Positions 30,801 to 40,911 of a DNA stretch of 64,000 nucleotides are shown here, piece after piece. The translations under genes and the position numbers were made by a program. Source of the stretch: a virus. A model generated the notes under the pieces. The model did no database searches. It saw nothing but the letters and a program-made list of their open reading frames with translations, and was not told where the DNA came from. Position 1 is the first letter of the stretch; each line of letters starts with the position of its first letter. Where the stretch lies: positions 1-64,000 of the IMG/VR virus record IMGVR_UViG_3300031705_000002. One strand, given 5' to 3'.

Positions 30801-33800
30801 GAACAGTTTTAAACTCTATATTATCTATAGAACCATTAAACCCTCCATGCGCATAGAACGCTAACTCAGGTTCTGCCCCTTTCCATGTGTCATCTATCGT
30901 ATATGTACCATCTTGGAATACTGATCGAACAGCACTTTCACCTGTCCCATAAAATACGGATACAGTACCCGCAGTACAATTCTGTACCGTGAATGTTAGA
31001 AGACGCCTATCGCCTATAGAAGATTGTGTATTTTGTGAGAAGTACCCATCAGATGTACCATCATTGGTAATCTTATAATCTCTTATACTCCAACCTGCAT
31101 CTAACTCCCATACCGGGTGGGCAACCCTTTGTAGGGAAGTGCCTGATAAGTATAGATCAGAAGTTGATATAGAAGTTCCATGTATTCGTAATTCATATAC
31201 CTTTGTCGTAGGAACACTGAAATTCTCGCTAACAGTTGTTAAGGTGCCTTCTACAGCATTAGTTGTAAGTATAGAGCCTACACCTACTACCTCTACTGTC
31301 ACCCCATTTGTTCCTTTCCATGTTAATTCAAACGTGTGTAGAACGCCTGTTTCAAGGGTAAAGTATTGATATATATACCCTTTAGTAGAGTAGTTAATCT
31401 TTAACTCGTTACTTGTCAAAGTACGTACAAGATCTGAAGATCCTAACCAGAAGAAAGAACTTGGAAAATTATCGCCGGCTGTGAAATCAGTATGAATAAA
31501 AGATGTATTCTCTACAAGTTCATTACCGTGTGAGAAATCTCCATTAGAGATTAAATTCATGGACGGCTTAAATAGTAAGCTGTACACATCTGTACTCTCA
31601 TTATATACAATCCCCCCAGGAATATTCCTACCTCCCTTACGTCGTAAGAAAGTACCACGATCTGTGAAAAGTAAAGCTCGTTTAGTTAATAGAATTCTTT
31701 GGTATTTCTCATCCCATACACTTACAAAACCTTTCCCAACTATAGGACTATCTTTATATGGAGAGGTTCTGAACCCCCACGCACTGATATACTGCTCGTC
31801 ATCCACTAAGGTCTGAGCGTAATCAAATTCTAAAGTACTAAACGAATCCTTATCGTTTGAAAGGTTATTGTAGAACCACTTTTCCATACCAAGATTACTG
31901 ATCTCAGTCATCTTATCCGTAGTCATGAATATCTTTTTATTCCTCTCATCAACAGAGAAATAGCCATACTTAGTAACAAGTGTAGAATACTGTGATTGTG
32001 TACCTCCATACCCGTGCTCTGTCTGTACTAGTTCATCCGGATCTTGTTGGAATATATCCCCACTACCAATGAACGCCTCTGACCCATCCTTCATAGCCAT
32101 AGTCTGCTTACCTTTTGTAACCAGTAAACTATCTTCCATGTGGATATATAAAAGGTTATTGAAAGTAGATAACTTCCATAACTCTCCTCTGTTCTTAGGC
32201 ATGTCCATCTGTTCTCGGGATAGATATATTCTAAAGTTATCTATTAGAGATGTACGACTAGCTTTTGTAGACCTTTGTATTCTAGTTGTGAATACAGAAG
32301 GAGCTGTAATTAAGTTAGGGAGTACAAATGCAGGACGCACATTATTTACTATCGAGTAGTCTGGATTGTATTTTATTTTGTCCTCCCCTGTAAAATCAAA
32401 CAGGTTTAAAAGATCAAAGTTTTTTCCATCCCTATCAACCAGTGCAACCTTTTGCATAGGCGATCCTGGGAAGTATGAAGTACTTACATCCTCTTCATGT
32501 CTAAAGTTTACATTATCTGTTGACTCAATTATAGAGTACAAAACACTAACTTGATCCGATGGAAGGTAGGTACTTATCCTAGGAGTAAGACTTTGTCTGA
32601 ACCCATACTTACATATGAATGTATCACCACCAAGTATAACAGTAGCATCCCCTGTAGGGCTATCATCTATATAGTCGTCACAATCTATCTCCACTACCTC
32701 ATACTCACAAGCACCATCATCTACCGTTGCGGTAGGATCATAGTTTAATGCACCAGAATCTGTACACCCAAACACAGTGTCATCAACTGGGGGAACTAGA
32801 AAATGCTGTCGTATACCTTTTAGCCTAGCATATCTAGGTGCTATATAAAGTTCTGAAAGATTTCTATATGGGTACAAGACGCTACTACTAGGAGTTAGAG
32901 ACATATCTCTAAAATTAGTATTCCCCGAAGTATCTCCAGGCTCTAAAATAGAATTACACACTGACGCCGCATTAGCCAACCCAGCGTTTTGATACCATCC
33001 GAATTGTGGGTGTACAGGGTGATTCTCTCCTCCTGACGAAGCATATTCAGTGTATCCTGTTAGGTTTATCGTTGGGTTATCCGGCCCATCCCCTGAAATC
33101 GCATGAGGGTGTGAATCATAAGTTGTCCCACATGATAGGGTAACACTAGACATAGGCCCCACCATACTAAAAGGTGTTATATATGCAACAGGACTTAAAT
33201 GTCCTGATCGTGCAGTATATGCATACACACCGAAGGGTGTGCCCAAATCAAGCCAAGACAGGTCTGTTAACCCGTCCCATATAGTTACTTGTTGTACTCC
33301 AATATAATTGTGATTTTTAATTGTAGATATACCAAGATTTACAGTATTAGCTACATAGGGAAATCCTGAGCCATCCCAATCAGGGACAACATCCATACTA
33401 AAGTAATCGGAAGCTACATCGTGAAAGTCAGAGCCCACTTGTAAGAATCCATCACTCCACCCACCTAGAGCAACCGAGTCAGGAACTACCCAATCCGTAT
33501 GCCCTGTTAAGGATAACGCCGTCCCACTACTATTGAATGCAGTTATACCTAAAAGTGCTGACGCAGGACTGTAGAAGTATGTATAATCTAGAGTTCCTGG
33601 ATCTCCTGAGACCTGTCCACTAGATAAGCCTTCTGAGTTATGTATATCTTCCTTTGTGAAAACCCAATAGGAAAATCCTTGATTCACAGGATCGTACTCA
33701 TGAGCGTATACTATACCTCCAGCTTCCGCAGAGTATTCTCCTATCTCAGGCATAGTAGACCTAAACTTGCCTTTCCCTTTCCTTCCAGGTAAAGATCTAC

Positions 33801-36800
33801 CACCAGACAGAGATCCTATCGCGTAGTCCCCTCCACCATCTTCGATGAAGTTCTCTAAGTTCTTTCCTTTTATTTCAAACCCTGTCCATATAAGATTTTG
33901 ACTGTCTACTGTGTTGTAAACGTCTGTTTTAAATGCTTCTAAGTTTACTGTGTATGTAGAAGATTGTACTCCCAGATAATCACTAGGATTATCAACCATA
34001 GGAATTACGTTGTTATTATCTCCATCGTTTATTTTAGGTAAGAATCCTGAATTATCCTCATTACCTGCAAGCCCTAAAGCTATATGGGTTTCTCCTCCTT
34101 GATTGTAAAGTTTATATCCAAATCCATGTCCAGAGGCATCTAAAATAGAATCACCATTAACATAAGTTTTACACCTTTCTTTTAATAGTTTATATCTATC
34201 TCTAAAGTTGAATGCATATGACTCTGCCACAAAGAATTTAGAGTTTATTATCTCTACATCACAAGGGTCATTACTATTCTCATGGTGAGCTCCAGGCCCT
34301 TTAAACGTGTGGTATGTTGTTACCCACTGTGTAGAGATATGTGTAGCCGGAGAAATACTTTTTTGAGTTCTAAGGAGTTCAAAATTATAAAACGCAAGCA
34401 TTTGATAGTCCCTCCCATTATCAGGAGAAGTTGCTGTTAGATAGGAATCATTATATGTGAGTGGAGTTTTTATCCAAAAGTTTTGTAGAATACCTTCAGT
34501 ACCGTCCGCATTTACTAAACACCCACCAAGCTGTCCTCTTACTTTATCATAAGGAGTTACTACTCCCTGGCCTAAAATTCTTTTATCCTCATGCTGTCTG
34601 TCCGCATAGTATATTCTAAACCCTTGAACTTTTTTAGCTATACTAGCTGGTATTTTTATATTATCTAATGTGAACCCTAAAATCCGAATAGAGTCTGAGG
34701 TAGTACCTCCAGAAACAATTGCCTCTGAAGCTCCTGCTGTAGGGCTACTATATATAGTACCCTCCATATTATCGTCATTGTAAAAATTTAAATCGTTTGG
34801 AAAATTTGAATCTGTTTGGTGATACCCATAATCAGTATGTGTACCACTAAACCCAGCTTCTCCTAGGAATCCCCCCATCTGGGATTGACTATGATCAAAT
34901 AAAGCCCACCCAGAATCTACATCTATTGCAATACATTCCGCTAAATATGTCCCTCCAGGATCTCCAAGCCAATTGGGTATTAGTAATGCGTCTACTTCCC
35001 ATGCAATTACATATGTAGACCCCACTACTAAACCTCCAACATTACTTACATGATATGCTTCATGTTCGTTGGAAAAATCATTGCTGTCAGGTCCTAATAA
35101 TGTACCATCTGCTAATACCCATACTATCTCAGTGTCCTCAATATTATTATTATTTGAGGCACCTCCAGAAATCTCAAATTCTATTTCCGGAAGTAGTATA
35201 GTCGCCGTAGTTATAGTAGACGTAGTACTGCCAGAGATAACTCTAAACGCTTCATTATCATTTTTAGGAAAACGGTGATGTCTTACCTGTGCGGCAGACC
35301 CATTTGGATTCTTGTATACATCAGAGCTGAATGCCTCTGTATTAGGGTAGGTCTCATGGGAGTTTTCCCAGTATTCCATATCGTTACTTCCGTCCTCTTC
35401 ACTGTAACTTTTAAAATGGTAACTTTTTACTTCTCCTAAATTATTTAAATTACCAGCATTGTATAACCCCGAATTTTCTAAGGGCCCTAACTCGGTTGAA
35501 ATACTTTCACGTCCGGGTATGTGATAGGCATATGACATGCTACCATCATTTAAAATAAAAGATATGTAAAAGGCATAAACCTCACCTCTTGTGTACCCTC
35601 TCTTTTTATATGCATTATACGGGTCTCTATATCCGTTTGATTTATCTGCTACAAGAGGAGGCATTTCTATAAAGCCATGCTCCAAGTTATCGGAGATTAA
35701 TGAGAACTCATCAAAATTAGAAACATCAATAATTTTAGGTCTAAGCTTAATATTCCCCGCACTCCTCTGGTACCCTACATCTAGATTTCTTGTTAGGTTA
35801 CCTAGGTATAAAACATTATCTAATTGTGTGATTGTCTTAACAGTGTCGTACGATACAGTATCTATCACAATCTCATCCACTGATGAACTTGTGTACCCCT
35901 CTGTACCAGAGAACGTTAGCTCAAAGTCTGGACCATTTAGTTCTATCTCTATATCATGCAGTTGAAAAGCAAATCTATTACCATCTAAATGTTGAATGAT
36001 AGCAGGTCTTATATAATCATAATCCGTATTGTAATCGGAGATATTCCAAACGATAGACTTACCTGTTTGTGTTCCGGGAGGTGCTCCATCATACCTTTCT
36101 ATTGGTAGTACACTTTCTATATCGTCAACGATAGATACAGGATTATCCACTACTACATAGTTAGTGGCAACTAAATCTTTATCTACATACGCTAAAGCTA
36201 AAGCATACGATCCCGACACTAGTCCTCCCCCAGAGATTACTTTCTGTAAATCTATCGTAGGAACTGGGCCTGCGTGTGGGAATAAGTTAAGTCTATCTAT
36301 AAAATTCTTATTAATAGAATTCGCAGGGTACTTACCATAAAGTTGTTCGTAAGAACCTGTATCTGCAACCGCCTCTTCCTGTCTAGTTATGTTTAACGAT
36401 CTTGGAGGATTAAAATTATCCGTCCAGTACACAACTAAATTCTCATTAGCATCAATTTTATATGTCCCTGATATAGGGTTCTTAGGAAGGAATTTTAAAC
36501 TTACATCTATGATTTTACAGTTCTGGCCTTCAATCTCTATTGTAGGAAAGTTTAATAGAGTTTTGTATAGTAGCTCCTGATTCTCTCCGCCTGAAGGGGA
36601 TAGCACACCTACTTCAGATCTTCCGTACTCTAAGGATTGAGATTCTGCAGGGTTAGCGGCAACAGAGAATACTACGATTCTATCATCAGTAATCTCTATG
36701 GTCCCTATAACTTTATACCCCTTGATAAAAGTGCCCGGACCACCACCAATCCTTTTAGCAGTTCTTCCAATAGGAGGACCTGCCTTATTACCTTCTTCGT

Positions 36801-36915
36801 TTCCAACTGTGCCATCTACTCTATTAACGACAGCATTTCTAGCATATCTCCACGACCCTTCAGGTTGATCAGAAGGAGAAGTGTCTCTTATAAGCCCTTT
36901 TATATATCTACTCAT
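27853..36915 (-). CDS. Tail muzzle / stabilisation protein (P22 gp10-like) with large inserted domains (3020 aa)
   Basis: N-terminus KGLIRDTSPSDQPEGSWRYARN; RGEVYAFYISFILNDGSMSYAYHIPGR; GGDTFI; YGGTQS; WTISFYPELNAWGSLHDYLP. These core motifs and the position after the ring gene are crAss-typical. Confidence 0.8.
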   Translation of the reverse strand: MSRYIKGLIRDTSPSDQPEGSWRYARNAVVNRVDGTVGNEEGNKAGPPIGRTAKRIGGGPGTFIKGYKVIGTIEITDDRIVVFSVAANPAESQSLEYGRSEVGVLSPSGGENQELLYKTLLNFPTIEIEGQNCKIIDVSLKFLPKNPISGTYKIDANENLVVYWTDNFNPPRSLNITRQEEAVADTGSYEQLYGKYPANSINKNFIDRLNLFPHAGPVPTIDLQKVISGGGLVSGSYALALAYVDKDLVATNYVVVDNPVSIVDDIESVLPIERYDGAPPGTQTGKSIVWNISDYNTDYDYIRPAIIQHLDGNRFAFQLHDIEIELNGPDFELTFSGTEGYTSSSVDEIVIDTVSYDTVKTITQLDNVLYLGNLTRNLDVGYQRSAGNIKLRPKIIDVSNFDEFSLISDNLEHGFIEMPPLVADKSNGYRDPYNAYKKRGYTRGEVYAFYISFILNDGSMSYAYHIPGRESISTELGPLENSGLYNAGNLNNLGEVKSYHFKSYSEEDGSNDMEYWENSHETYPNTEAFSSDVYKNPNGSAAQVRHHRFPKNDNEAFRVISGSTTSTITTATILLPEIEFEISGGASNNNNIEDTEIVWVLADGTLLGPDSNDFSNEHEAYHVSNVGGLVVGSTYVIAWEVDALLIPNWLGDPGGTYLAECIAIDVDSGWALFDHSQSQMGGFLGEAGFSGTHTDYGYHQTDSNFPNDLNFYNDDNMEGTIYSSPTAGASEAIVSGGTTSDSIRILGFTLDNIKIPASIAKKVQGFRIYYADRQHEDKRILGQGVVTPYDKVRGQLGGCLVNADGTEGILQNFWIKTPLTYNDSYLTATSPDNGRDYQMLAFYNFELLRTQKSISPATHISTQWVTTYHTFKGPGAHHENSNDPCDVEIINSKFFVAESYAFNFRDRYKLLKERCKTYVNGDSILDASGHGFGYKLYNQGGETHIALGLAGNEDNSGFLPKINDGDNNNVIPMVDNPSDYLGVQSSTYTVNLEAFKTDVYNTVDSQNLIWTGFEIKGKNLENFIEDGGGDYAIGSLSGGRSLPGRKGKGKFRSTMPEIGEYSAEAGGIVYAHEYDPVNQGFSYWVFTKEDIHNSEGLSSGQVSGDPGTLDYTYFYSPASALLGITAFNSSGTALSLTGHTDWVVPDSVALGGWSDGFLQVGSDFHDVASDYFSMDVVPDWDGSGFPYVANTVNLGISTIKNHNYIGVQQVTIWDGLTDLSWLDLGTPFGVYAYTARSGHLSPVAYITPFSMVGPMSSVTLSCGTTYDSHPHAISGDGPDNPTINLTGYTEYASSGGENHPVHPQFGWYQNAGLANAASVCNSILEPGDTSGNTNFRDMSLTPSSSVLYPYRNLSELYIAPRYARLKGIRQHFLVPPVDDTVFGCTDSGALNYDPTATVDDGACEYEVVEIDCDDYIDDSPTGDATVILGGDTFICKYGFRQSLTPRISTYLPSDQVSVLYSIIESTDNVNFRHEEDVSTSYFPGSPMQKVALVDRDGKNFDLLNLFDFTGEDKIKYNPDYSIVNNVRPAFVLPNLITAPSVFTTRIQRSTKASRTSLIDNFRIYLSREQMDMPKNRGELWKLSTFNNLLYIHMEDSLLVTKGKQTMAMKDGSEAFIGSGDIFQQDPDELVQTEHGYGGTQSQYSTLVTKYGYFSVDERNKKIFMTTDKMTEISNLGMEKWFYNNLSNDKDSFSTLEFDYAQTLVDDEQYISAWGFRTSPYKDSPIVGKGFVSVWDEKYQRILLTKRALLFTDRGTFLRRKGGRNIPGGIVYNESTDVYSLLFKPSMNLISNGDFSHGNELVENTSFIHTDFTAGDNFPSSFFWLGSSDLVRTLTSNELKINYSTKGYIYQYFTLETGVLHTFELTWKGTNGVTVEVVGVGSILTTNAVEGTLTTVSENFSVPTTKVYELRIHGTSISTSDLYLSGTSLQRVAHPVWELDAGWSIRDYKITNDGTSDGYFSQNTQSSIGDRRLLTFTVQNCTAGTVSVFYGTGESAVRSVFQDGTYTIDDTWKGAEPELAFYAHGGFNGSIDNIEFKTVPEESFTVTDGDFYLDTRTISSDSEALQTVAIPFTSSVSITDINSTMSTRTLPQIGDVYEGGHIFAIEATASNSWTIYLTSPEDLPSTVGDFLPFSEWGNGINASSVPAISASENSTLQGQLTYSQNASQNISTADEILNVNGDYSPAATMALEHYDDFSQVGDWALPTTDLLVPLVDMIRNFYPETSVSAGGDSIPNYWSCDPSSTGDKKLYVVRYLSGTNHDDGSYADSYSESPWEGTPVLIDDNWETFSQTVKYIAPIPLYGHNEAPSWLFQALMQHNAAGLSTSDLLGGYYTSGPSYWESIGIDLMSFYTDEGSAISAVPECGLGLGEGLANTLLVRDYIEERFSSAGVDPINGSYDMIFNAVNLNTPWRHVHTDGDMQVQWFYPSLSEAGYIVKNCTRNPDLNGNAQGAENFISAEHINTATGSVAAPNVTNTISTFMVDGYKTRGIILGTSSFNDSQYGVGGDPNNNSVNSGYFFGVDISRESLRLSGLTLDYSYGPDPEDTIAALAEPGGMPDRYEPTVGFSALRDYENEGSATPDFVNHFPYGRRYVYHQVTILNTSDYPELQNADVGHEFNLNPYTGEISDFTEGVQGVRVFLIETLDQNGDSTGFNGELGQGGGSTGVITHASTVVDSDSSVEAQNVSIKFGVRPVRATTYEEEVIVVPEPEMEIDVIWQRVGWTISFYPELNAWGSLHDYLPHHYTYTSKTFYSFYNWKDFPSIFWVGGPWIGDDADESFTIWAHNSVEAPGSFYGGSSVTTNFTQPFEIEVIENKERDVSKVFSSFKYETEVFEAAVPNIYNLNQVRYKRLDKDGFTQFFVYNNTQHSGVIDVKYLRNIRKIGHMWNINKFRDMARLYETTLDGYTEAYTSTITSGFSGHISSHLLETLEATSQGTAGGADNTGLDFVGNNDVHDMFEATWGKGGAYTIFTHPLYIDSEKPWTKQRKFTDTYLGIRLIHDNINKNFVNLYSTSVAMRKYNR

Positions 36916-37835
36916 TATGCTCTATCGTTTAAGTCCTCAAAGAATGATGCCCCACTGTCCATGTTTGGTATTAATCTCACCCATTGATTCATGAATGATT
37001 CATACTTAGCTATGTCTGGGTAGTTAGCTGCGTTCCTAGCTTGTGTACAATAGTACTGCCATTTTTGATCTGCAAAGCCGTAATCAATTTTGTTTGTCGG
37101 TTTATCAAATCCACCTAATAATAATTTTTTAAAGATGTACCAAAACATGGCTTCTTTAAAACTAATGTCATCCGGGATCATAGGATAGTTATCCTTATCC
37201 GTAGGGAATGCCATATAACTTAAACATACCTGACCAGAAGCGAAGGATGTTTTAAGGTATCCATCATCAATAATGTATGAAGCTATACTGCTTGCAAATT
37301 CATTACTGCACCCATCTGCATGCATACTCTTGTGAAAAGTACCTGAACCGTATTTTAAAGGTTTTAAAGCAGCAGAGTTTCCAAAGTATATATTTTCAAG
37401 TACTACTATTCTATTAGTAAGTTCTCGAAGTTCTAGTACATTGGATTTATATTGAGTATCAAATTGATTTAAATCAGCAGTAACTAAGTTTGAAGATGTT
37501 AGAGCTTCTACGTTCTCATTGTACTCTACAATGTCCGCTTTTAAACTATTTACCTTCTCTAGAATATTACGAAGCTCGTTACTAGTTCCTGGAGAGGTTG
37601 ACTCGTTTAAGGCTACTTGGTTTATGTAGTATAAATCTGCGGGTAGTACATACCTATGATTCTCTATAATACACACTGTTTGTTTATTGACAAGTTGTGC
37701 AGAAGCCCCGATATGCTCCAGCGCTTCTCCTATCCATTCTACGGCGTCTATAACCCAGTCCGCATTATTAGGTTTAAGATCTCGCATGATCTTTCTAATA
37801 ATGGGTTTACATGAAATATGCTTATATACTGCCAT
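36915..37835 (-). CDS. Tail tubular / ring protein (P22 gp4-like)
   Basis: EWIGEAL..IG, LPADLY, SF..GQVCLSY.AFPTD..YPMIPD, W..YC.QAR motifs; directly upstream of the muzzle. Confidence 0.75.
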   Translation of the reverse strand: MAVYKHISCKPIIRKIMRDLKPNNADWVIDAVEWIGEALEHIGASAQLVNKQTVCIIENHRYVLPADLYYINQVALNESTSPGTSNELRNILEKVNSLKADIVEYNENVEALTSSNLVTADLNQFDTQYKSNVLELRELTNRIVVLENIYFGNSAALKPLKYGSGTFHKSMHADGCSNEFASSIASYIIDDGYLKTSFASGQVCLSYMAFPTDKDNYPMIPDDISFKEAMFWYIFKKLLLGGFDKPTNKIDYGFADQKWQYYCTQARNAANYPDIAKYESFMNQWVRLIPNMDSGASFFEDLNDRA

Positions 37836-37836
37836 A

Positions 37837-38310
37837 CTAATTTTTTTTAAATTTTAAATACGCCAAATCATCTGTTCTTAAAAGATGAATCAATTTTTCT
37901 TTATTTCCCTTTATTCCTCGTGTTAGGTCAAACCTATACACGGACTTATTAGGTATTAAGCATTTTCCTTTTCTCCAATAATATCTACAGTACTCAGCAT
38001 TAGTATGGTATATGTACCATTTTATTCCCTTACCTGTTTCGGAGTTATATAGGGCTATACCCTTAGTTTCTAGCTCTTTTTTATACTTCAAGCTTTCCCC
38101 CCAATCTATTTTAGGGAACGAAGGATTTGTTTCTACTCTCACAATCGACAGTGAAGATAGTTTATTTCCCATATTAAACGTGCCTCCATCTAAGATATAA
38201 TCAATCATATCTATGTTGAACTCAGAGCATATAGCTGTAAAAGTTTTCTTATCCACATATTCCTTCTCAGAAATATATTTTATATATATATCTTTTAAAG
38301 TGTATCCCAT
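37837..38310 (-). CDS. crAss IHF/HU-like protein, copy A
   Basis: Basic 157-aa protein with IDW..S and YHTN...RYYWRK...Y.F..TR motifs; paralogue of 44073-44537. Confidence 0.65.
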   Translation of the reverse strand: MGYTLKDIYIKYISEKEYVDKKTFTAICSEFNIDMIDYILDGGTFNMGNKLSSLSIVRVETNPSFPKIDWGESLKYKKELETKGIALYNSETGKGIKWYIYHTNAEYCRYYWRKGKCLIPNKSVYRFDLTRGIKGNKEKLIHLLRTDDLAYLKFKKN

Positions 38311-39008
38311 TATCTGGCAGGTCCTCTACTAGGTGAAGGCGGTGCTGAAACATCCTGTGCATTATCATTAGTGGTGTCACTTGGAGTGGTCGCCAACAAC
38401 TGTAATTCCTTAGAAGCAATCCCTTCTGTAATAGCTTGTATCATATCCATAGGTATTGGGTAGTCATCAGTGCTATTATAACAATCGTTACCCTCACAGT
38501 CGAACGTAGCTAATGACTCAGGGTCTTCAAATATACCTCTTATATTTATATAGGATAGACCATTAGCGTTATAAATATAGATATGGTCCTCAATCATATA
38601 CGCTCGCCTCTCATGATTAGTATACTTATCATAAGGAAGCCACTGTACAGTTATAGGGTCTACAATAGGAATAGTCTCTAGCCCTGTTATATCTCCTACA
38701 TGTGTGATAGCGTCTTTAAAGTTTAACCTAACTGTTTTAGGGATAGGCTCTACAGACTTGTATACAGAAGCTCTGGCAGGTAATCTACAGCATTTAGTAG
38801 CATCAACTTTCTCTACTTTAATACATTTTAAATCCTGCTCAAGGTGCCTAGTTATATTACCATTTCTAGCATAGTCCCTACGTATCAGCATTGCTCGGTA
38901 ATACTTAATGTTAAATTTAATTTGAGCCAGAGATATATGTTCACTCACATTAGATCTACCTCCTCTAACTAAATTTAAAATGTTGTATGCTATTTCATCT
39001 AGTGTCAT
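38310..39008 (-). CDS. Tail ring/collar structural protein, copy A
   Basis: L.EI.Y.I.N..RGG, RA..IR.D, IRGIFEDP, YPIP motifs; paralogue of 44537-45232. Confidence 0.65.
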   Translation of the reverse strand: MTLDEIAYNILNLVRGGRSNVSEHISLAQIKFNIKYYRAMLIRRDYARNGNITRHLEQDLKCIKVEKVDATKCCRLPARASVYKSVEPIPKTVRLNFKDAITHVGDITGLETIPIVDPITVQWLPYDKYTNHERRAYMIEDHIYIYNANGLSYINIRGIFEDPESLATFDCEGNDCYNSTDDYPIPMDMIQAITEGIASKELQLLATTPSDTTNDNAQDVSAPPSPSRGPAR

Positions 39009-39014
39009 ATCTTT

Positions 39015-40166
39015 CTACACATTAGTTTGTAAATATCCTTCGTATCCTCGTTGTTTGTTCCATATATGTGCCTGACCTGTTCTTTTAGCCTCATACCCCA
39101 TCATCTTATGCCAATCATCATTCTTGCATATAGAAGGTATGAACCTAACTTTAATCCCTCTGTACTCATTTACCATTTCTTTGTGTACATGGCCACAGTG
39201 CGCTTCTCTTGAGGTCGTACGAGCAAACATAACAGGTTGCTCAGTAGCCATTATTAATGGCATGTCAGCTGCCTTAACTTTGTCTCCGTGTGTAAACATA
39301 ATCATGTTGATCCCGTACTCGTAGTACTTACGGTGCTCAAATGAATTATCTATTAACACTTGACCATCATTTGTGAAGTACGCATTTAAGTACTCACCGG
39401 CGTAGAACATACGTTCATAGTCGTGATTCCCCTGTATAACTACTACGTCAACTGGAGCATATTGAGATAGATACTGGATTGCTCTTACGATTAATGCGCA
39501 GTATCCTACAAATGTTTCTTTCCAATCTGCTGAATCAAATTGAGGTGTACCCTTAGTGGTAGCCCTACTTAACCCTTCAGAATTCATACCATCATTACCT
39601 ATTGGTAAGAGTATTTTTTCAATATCTAAACCTTTAGATTTAATCATAAGGTCCTCAATCACATTCATATACTCTTCCTCAGCTTGTTTTAAAGTTTGAC
39701 CTGTATACTTTCCATAGTGAATATCAGGCAAAGATACCTCGTATGTAACGGGATCTTTTGCTTTGCTAGGTTCTACTCTTGCACGTATCGGGCTGTGGTT
39801 CTTAAGGATCTCAATGATTTCAGCCTTAGTGTTATCTATGACTTCATCTTCCCCCTTAACGACAACAGAGAATCTTTTTTCTCCTCCCATATTCTGCCAG
39901 AATTTAACTGACTGAATATCATTCTTATCTATATCGTTCTCTTGTACGAATCTATCAAAATCATTTAACTCGCTTTGGTCTATGTTTATGTTAGCGTTTG
40001 AGAGGACCATACTAGTAAAGCCTCCCATTGCTTCTATCCGCGCTTCCTTCAATGCTTCTTTACAAAGGTCTACATCGCATTCTAATTTTAAAGCTAATCT
40101 CCCTGAGCCCTCTTTAAGGTATCCAGGCTTGAGATGTAAAAACTCTTTAATTTCAGACTTCGTCAT
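39015..40166 (-). CDS. Calcineurin-like metallophosphoesterase, copy A
   Basis: DIHYG, GND, GNHD, THGD and GHVH metal-binding motifs. Confidence 0.85.
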   Translation of the reverse strand: MTKSEIKEFLHLKPGYLKEGSGRLALKLECDVDLCKEALKEARIEAMGGFTSMVLSNANINIDQSELNDFDRFVQENDIDKNDIQSVKFWQNMGGEKRFSVVVKGEDEVIDNTKAEIIEILKNHSPIRARVEPSKAKDPVTYEVSLPDIHYGKYTGQTLKQAEEEYMNVIEDLMIKSKGLDIEKILLPIGNDGMNSEGLSRATTKGTPQFDSADWKETFVGYCALIVRAIQYLSQYAPVDVVVIQGNHDYERMFYAGEYLNAYFTNDGQVLIDNSFEHRKYYEYGINMIMFTHGDKVKAADMPLIMATEQPVMFARTTSREAHCGHVHKEMVNEYRGIKVRFIPSICKNDDWHKMMGYEAKRTGQAHIWNKQRGYEGYLQTNV

Positions 40167-40549
40167 GATTTTTTAATTTTCTCTATGGATCGTCCAGCGA
40201 AGTACGCTCCATAAACGGTTATCAATAAGGTTTGGTAAATTGGTTTGTACGCATCATCCATTACAAATTCCCCCACATTACCGTCTACAAAAGACATCAG
40301 TACGAGAATTATAGTTAAAAAAGAAAGTATTAAAGGTCGTATATTTTTTGGTAGCCATGCATCAGATTTCATATCTGCTTCCCATCGCTTGCTAACTTGT
40401 TCTTGAGCTTGTGCCTCAGCTCTCATGAAGACTTCTTCAATCTTCTGCTTTGCTTCCAGCTTCTCTTCTTTAGAAGTAGTTAAATTATCAAGTACATCGC
40501 CGACTTGCTTAATTAATCCTCCACCTAGTAAGTCTAATATCTTATTCAT
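40163..40549 (-). CDS. Putative holin (GTA/3TM holin family), copy A
   Basis: RWEADMKSD.WL.KNIRP, two hydrophobic helices, YFAGRSIEK C-terminus. Confidence 0.75.
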   Translation of the reverse strand: MNKILDLLGGGLIKQVGDVLDNLTTSKEEKLEAKQKIEEVFMRAEAQAQEQVSKRWEADMKSDAWLPKNIRPLILSFLTIILVLMSFVDGNVGEFVMDDAYKPIYQTLLITVYGAYFAGRSIEKIKKS

Positions 40550-40910
40550 AATTTACAATTATATCTCCTGTCATAGTACTTGCACCATTAACTTGCACAA
40601 CTAAATCATATTCAGAGCTATACGTGAAAGGGGTATCACCCAAAGGTAATAAACTAGCACTAACAGGAATGTTAACACTTTTTAAAAGATAATACTTTTT
40701 ATGCTCAAGAATTTGATTTCTGTTACCTATAACTTTTCTAATGTATATATCACAAAGTAGGGTGACCGATGCTGAAGTATTAGATATTAAAACATGTGTT
40801 AAGTTTATATCTGTACTCCTACCTCCAACCTTCGCCACAACTTTACTAAGCATTGTATATACATGATCGCTAGTAGAGTTACCTTTTATATTTTTATATA
40901 TCTTTGCCAT
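40542..40910 (-). CDS. Hypothetical beta-rich protein, possibly tail-associated
   Basis: 122-aa ORF tightly coupled to its neighbours. Confidence 0.6.
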   Translation of the reverse strand: MAKIYKNIKGNSTSDHVYTMLSKVVAKVGGRSTDINLTHVLISNTSASVTLLCDIYIRKVIGNRNQILEHKKYYLLKSVNIPVSASLLPLGDTPFTYSSEYDLVVQVNGASTMTGDIIVNYE

Positions 40911-40911
40911 C

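Noticed and set aside
28800-33800. Diversity-generating retroelement targeting the DUF1566-like domains
   Set aside because: No reverse transcriptase and no near-identical template/variable repeat pair is visible in this window; it cannot be excluded elsewhere in the genome.
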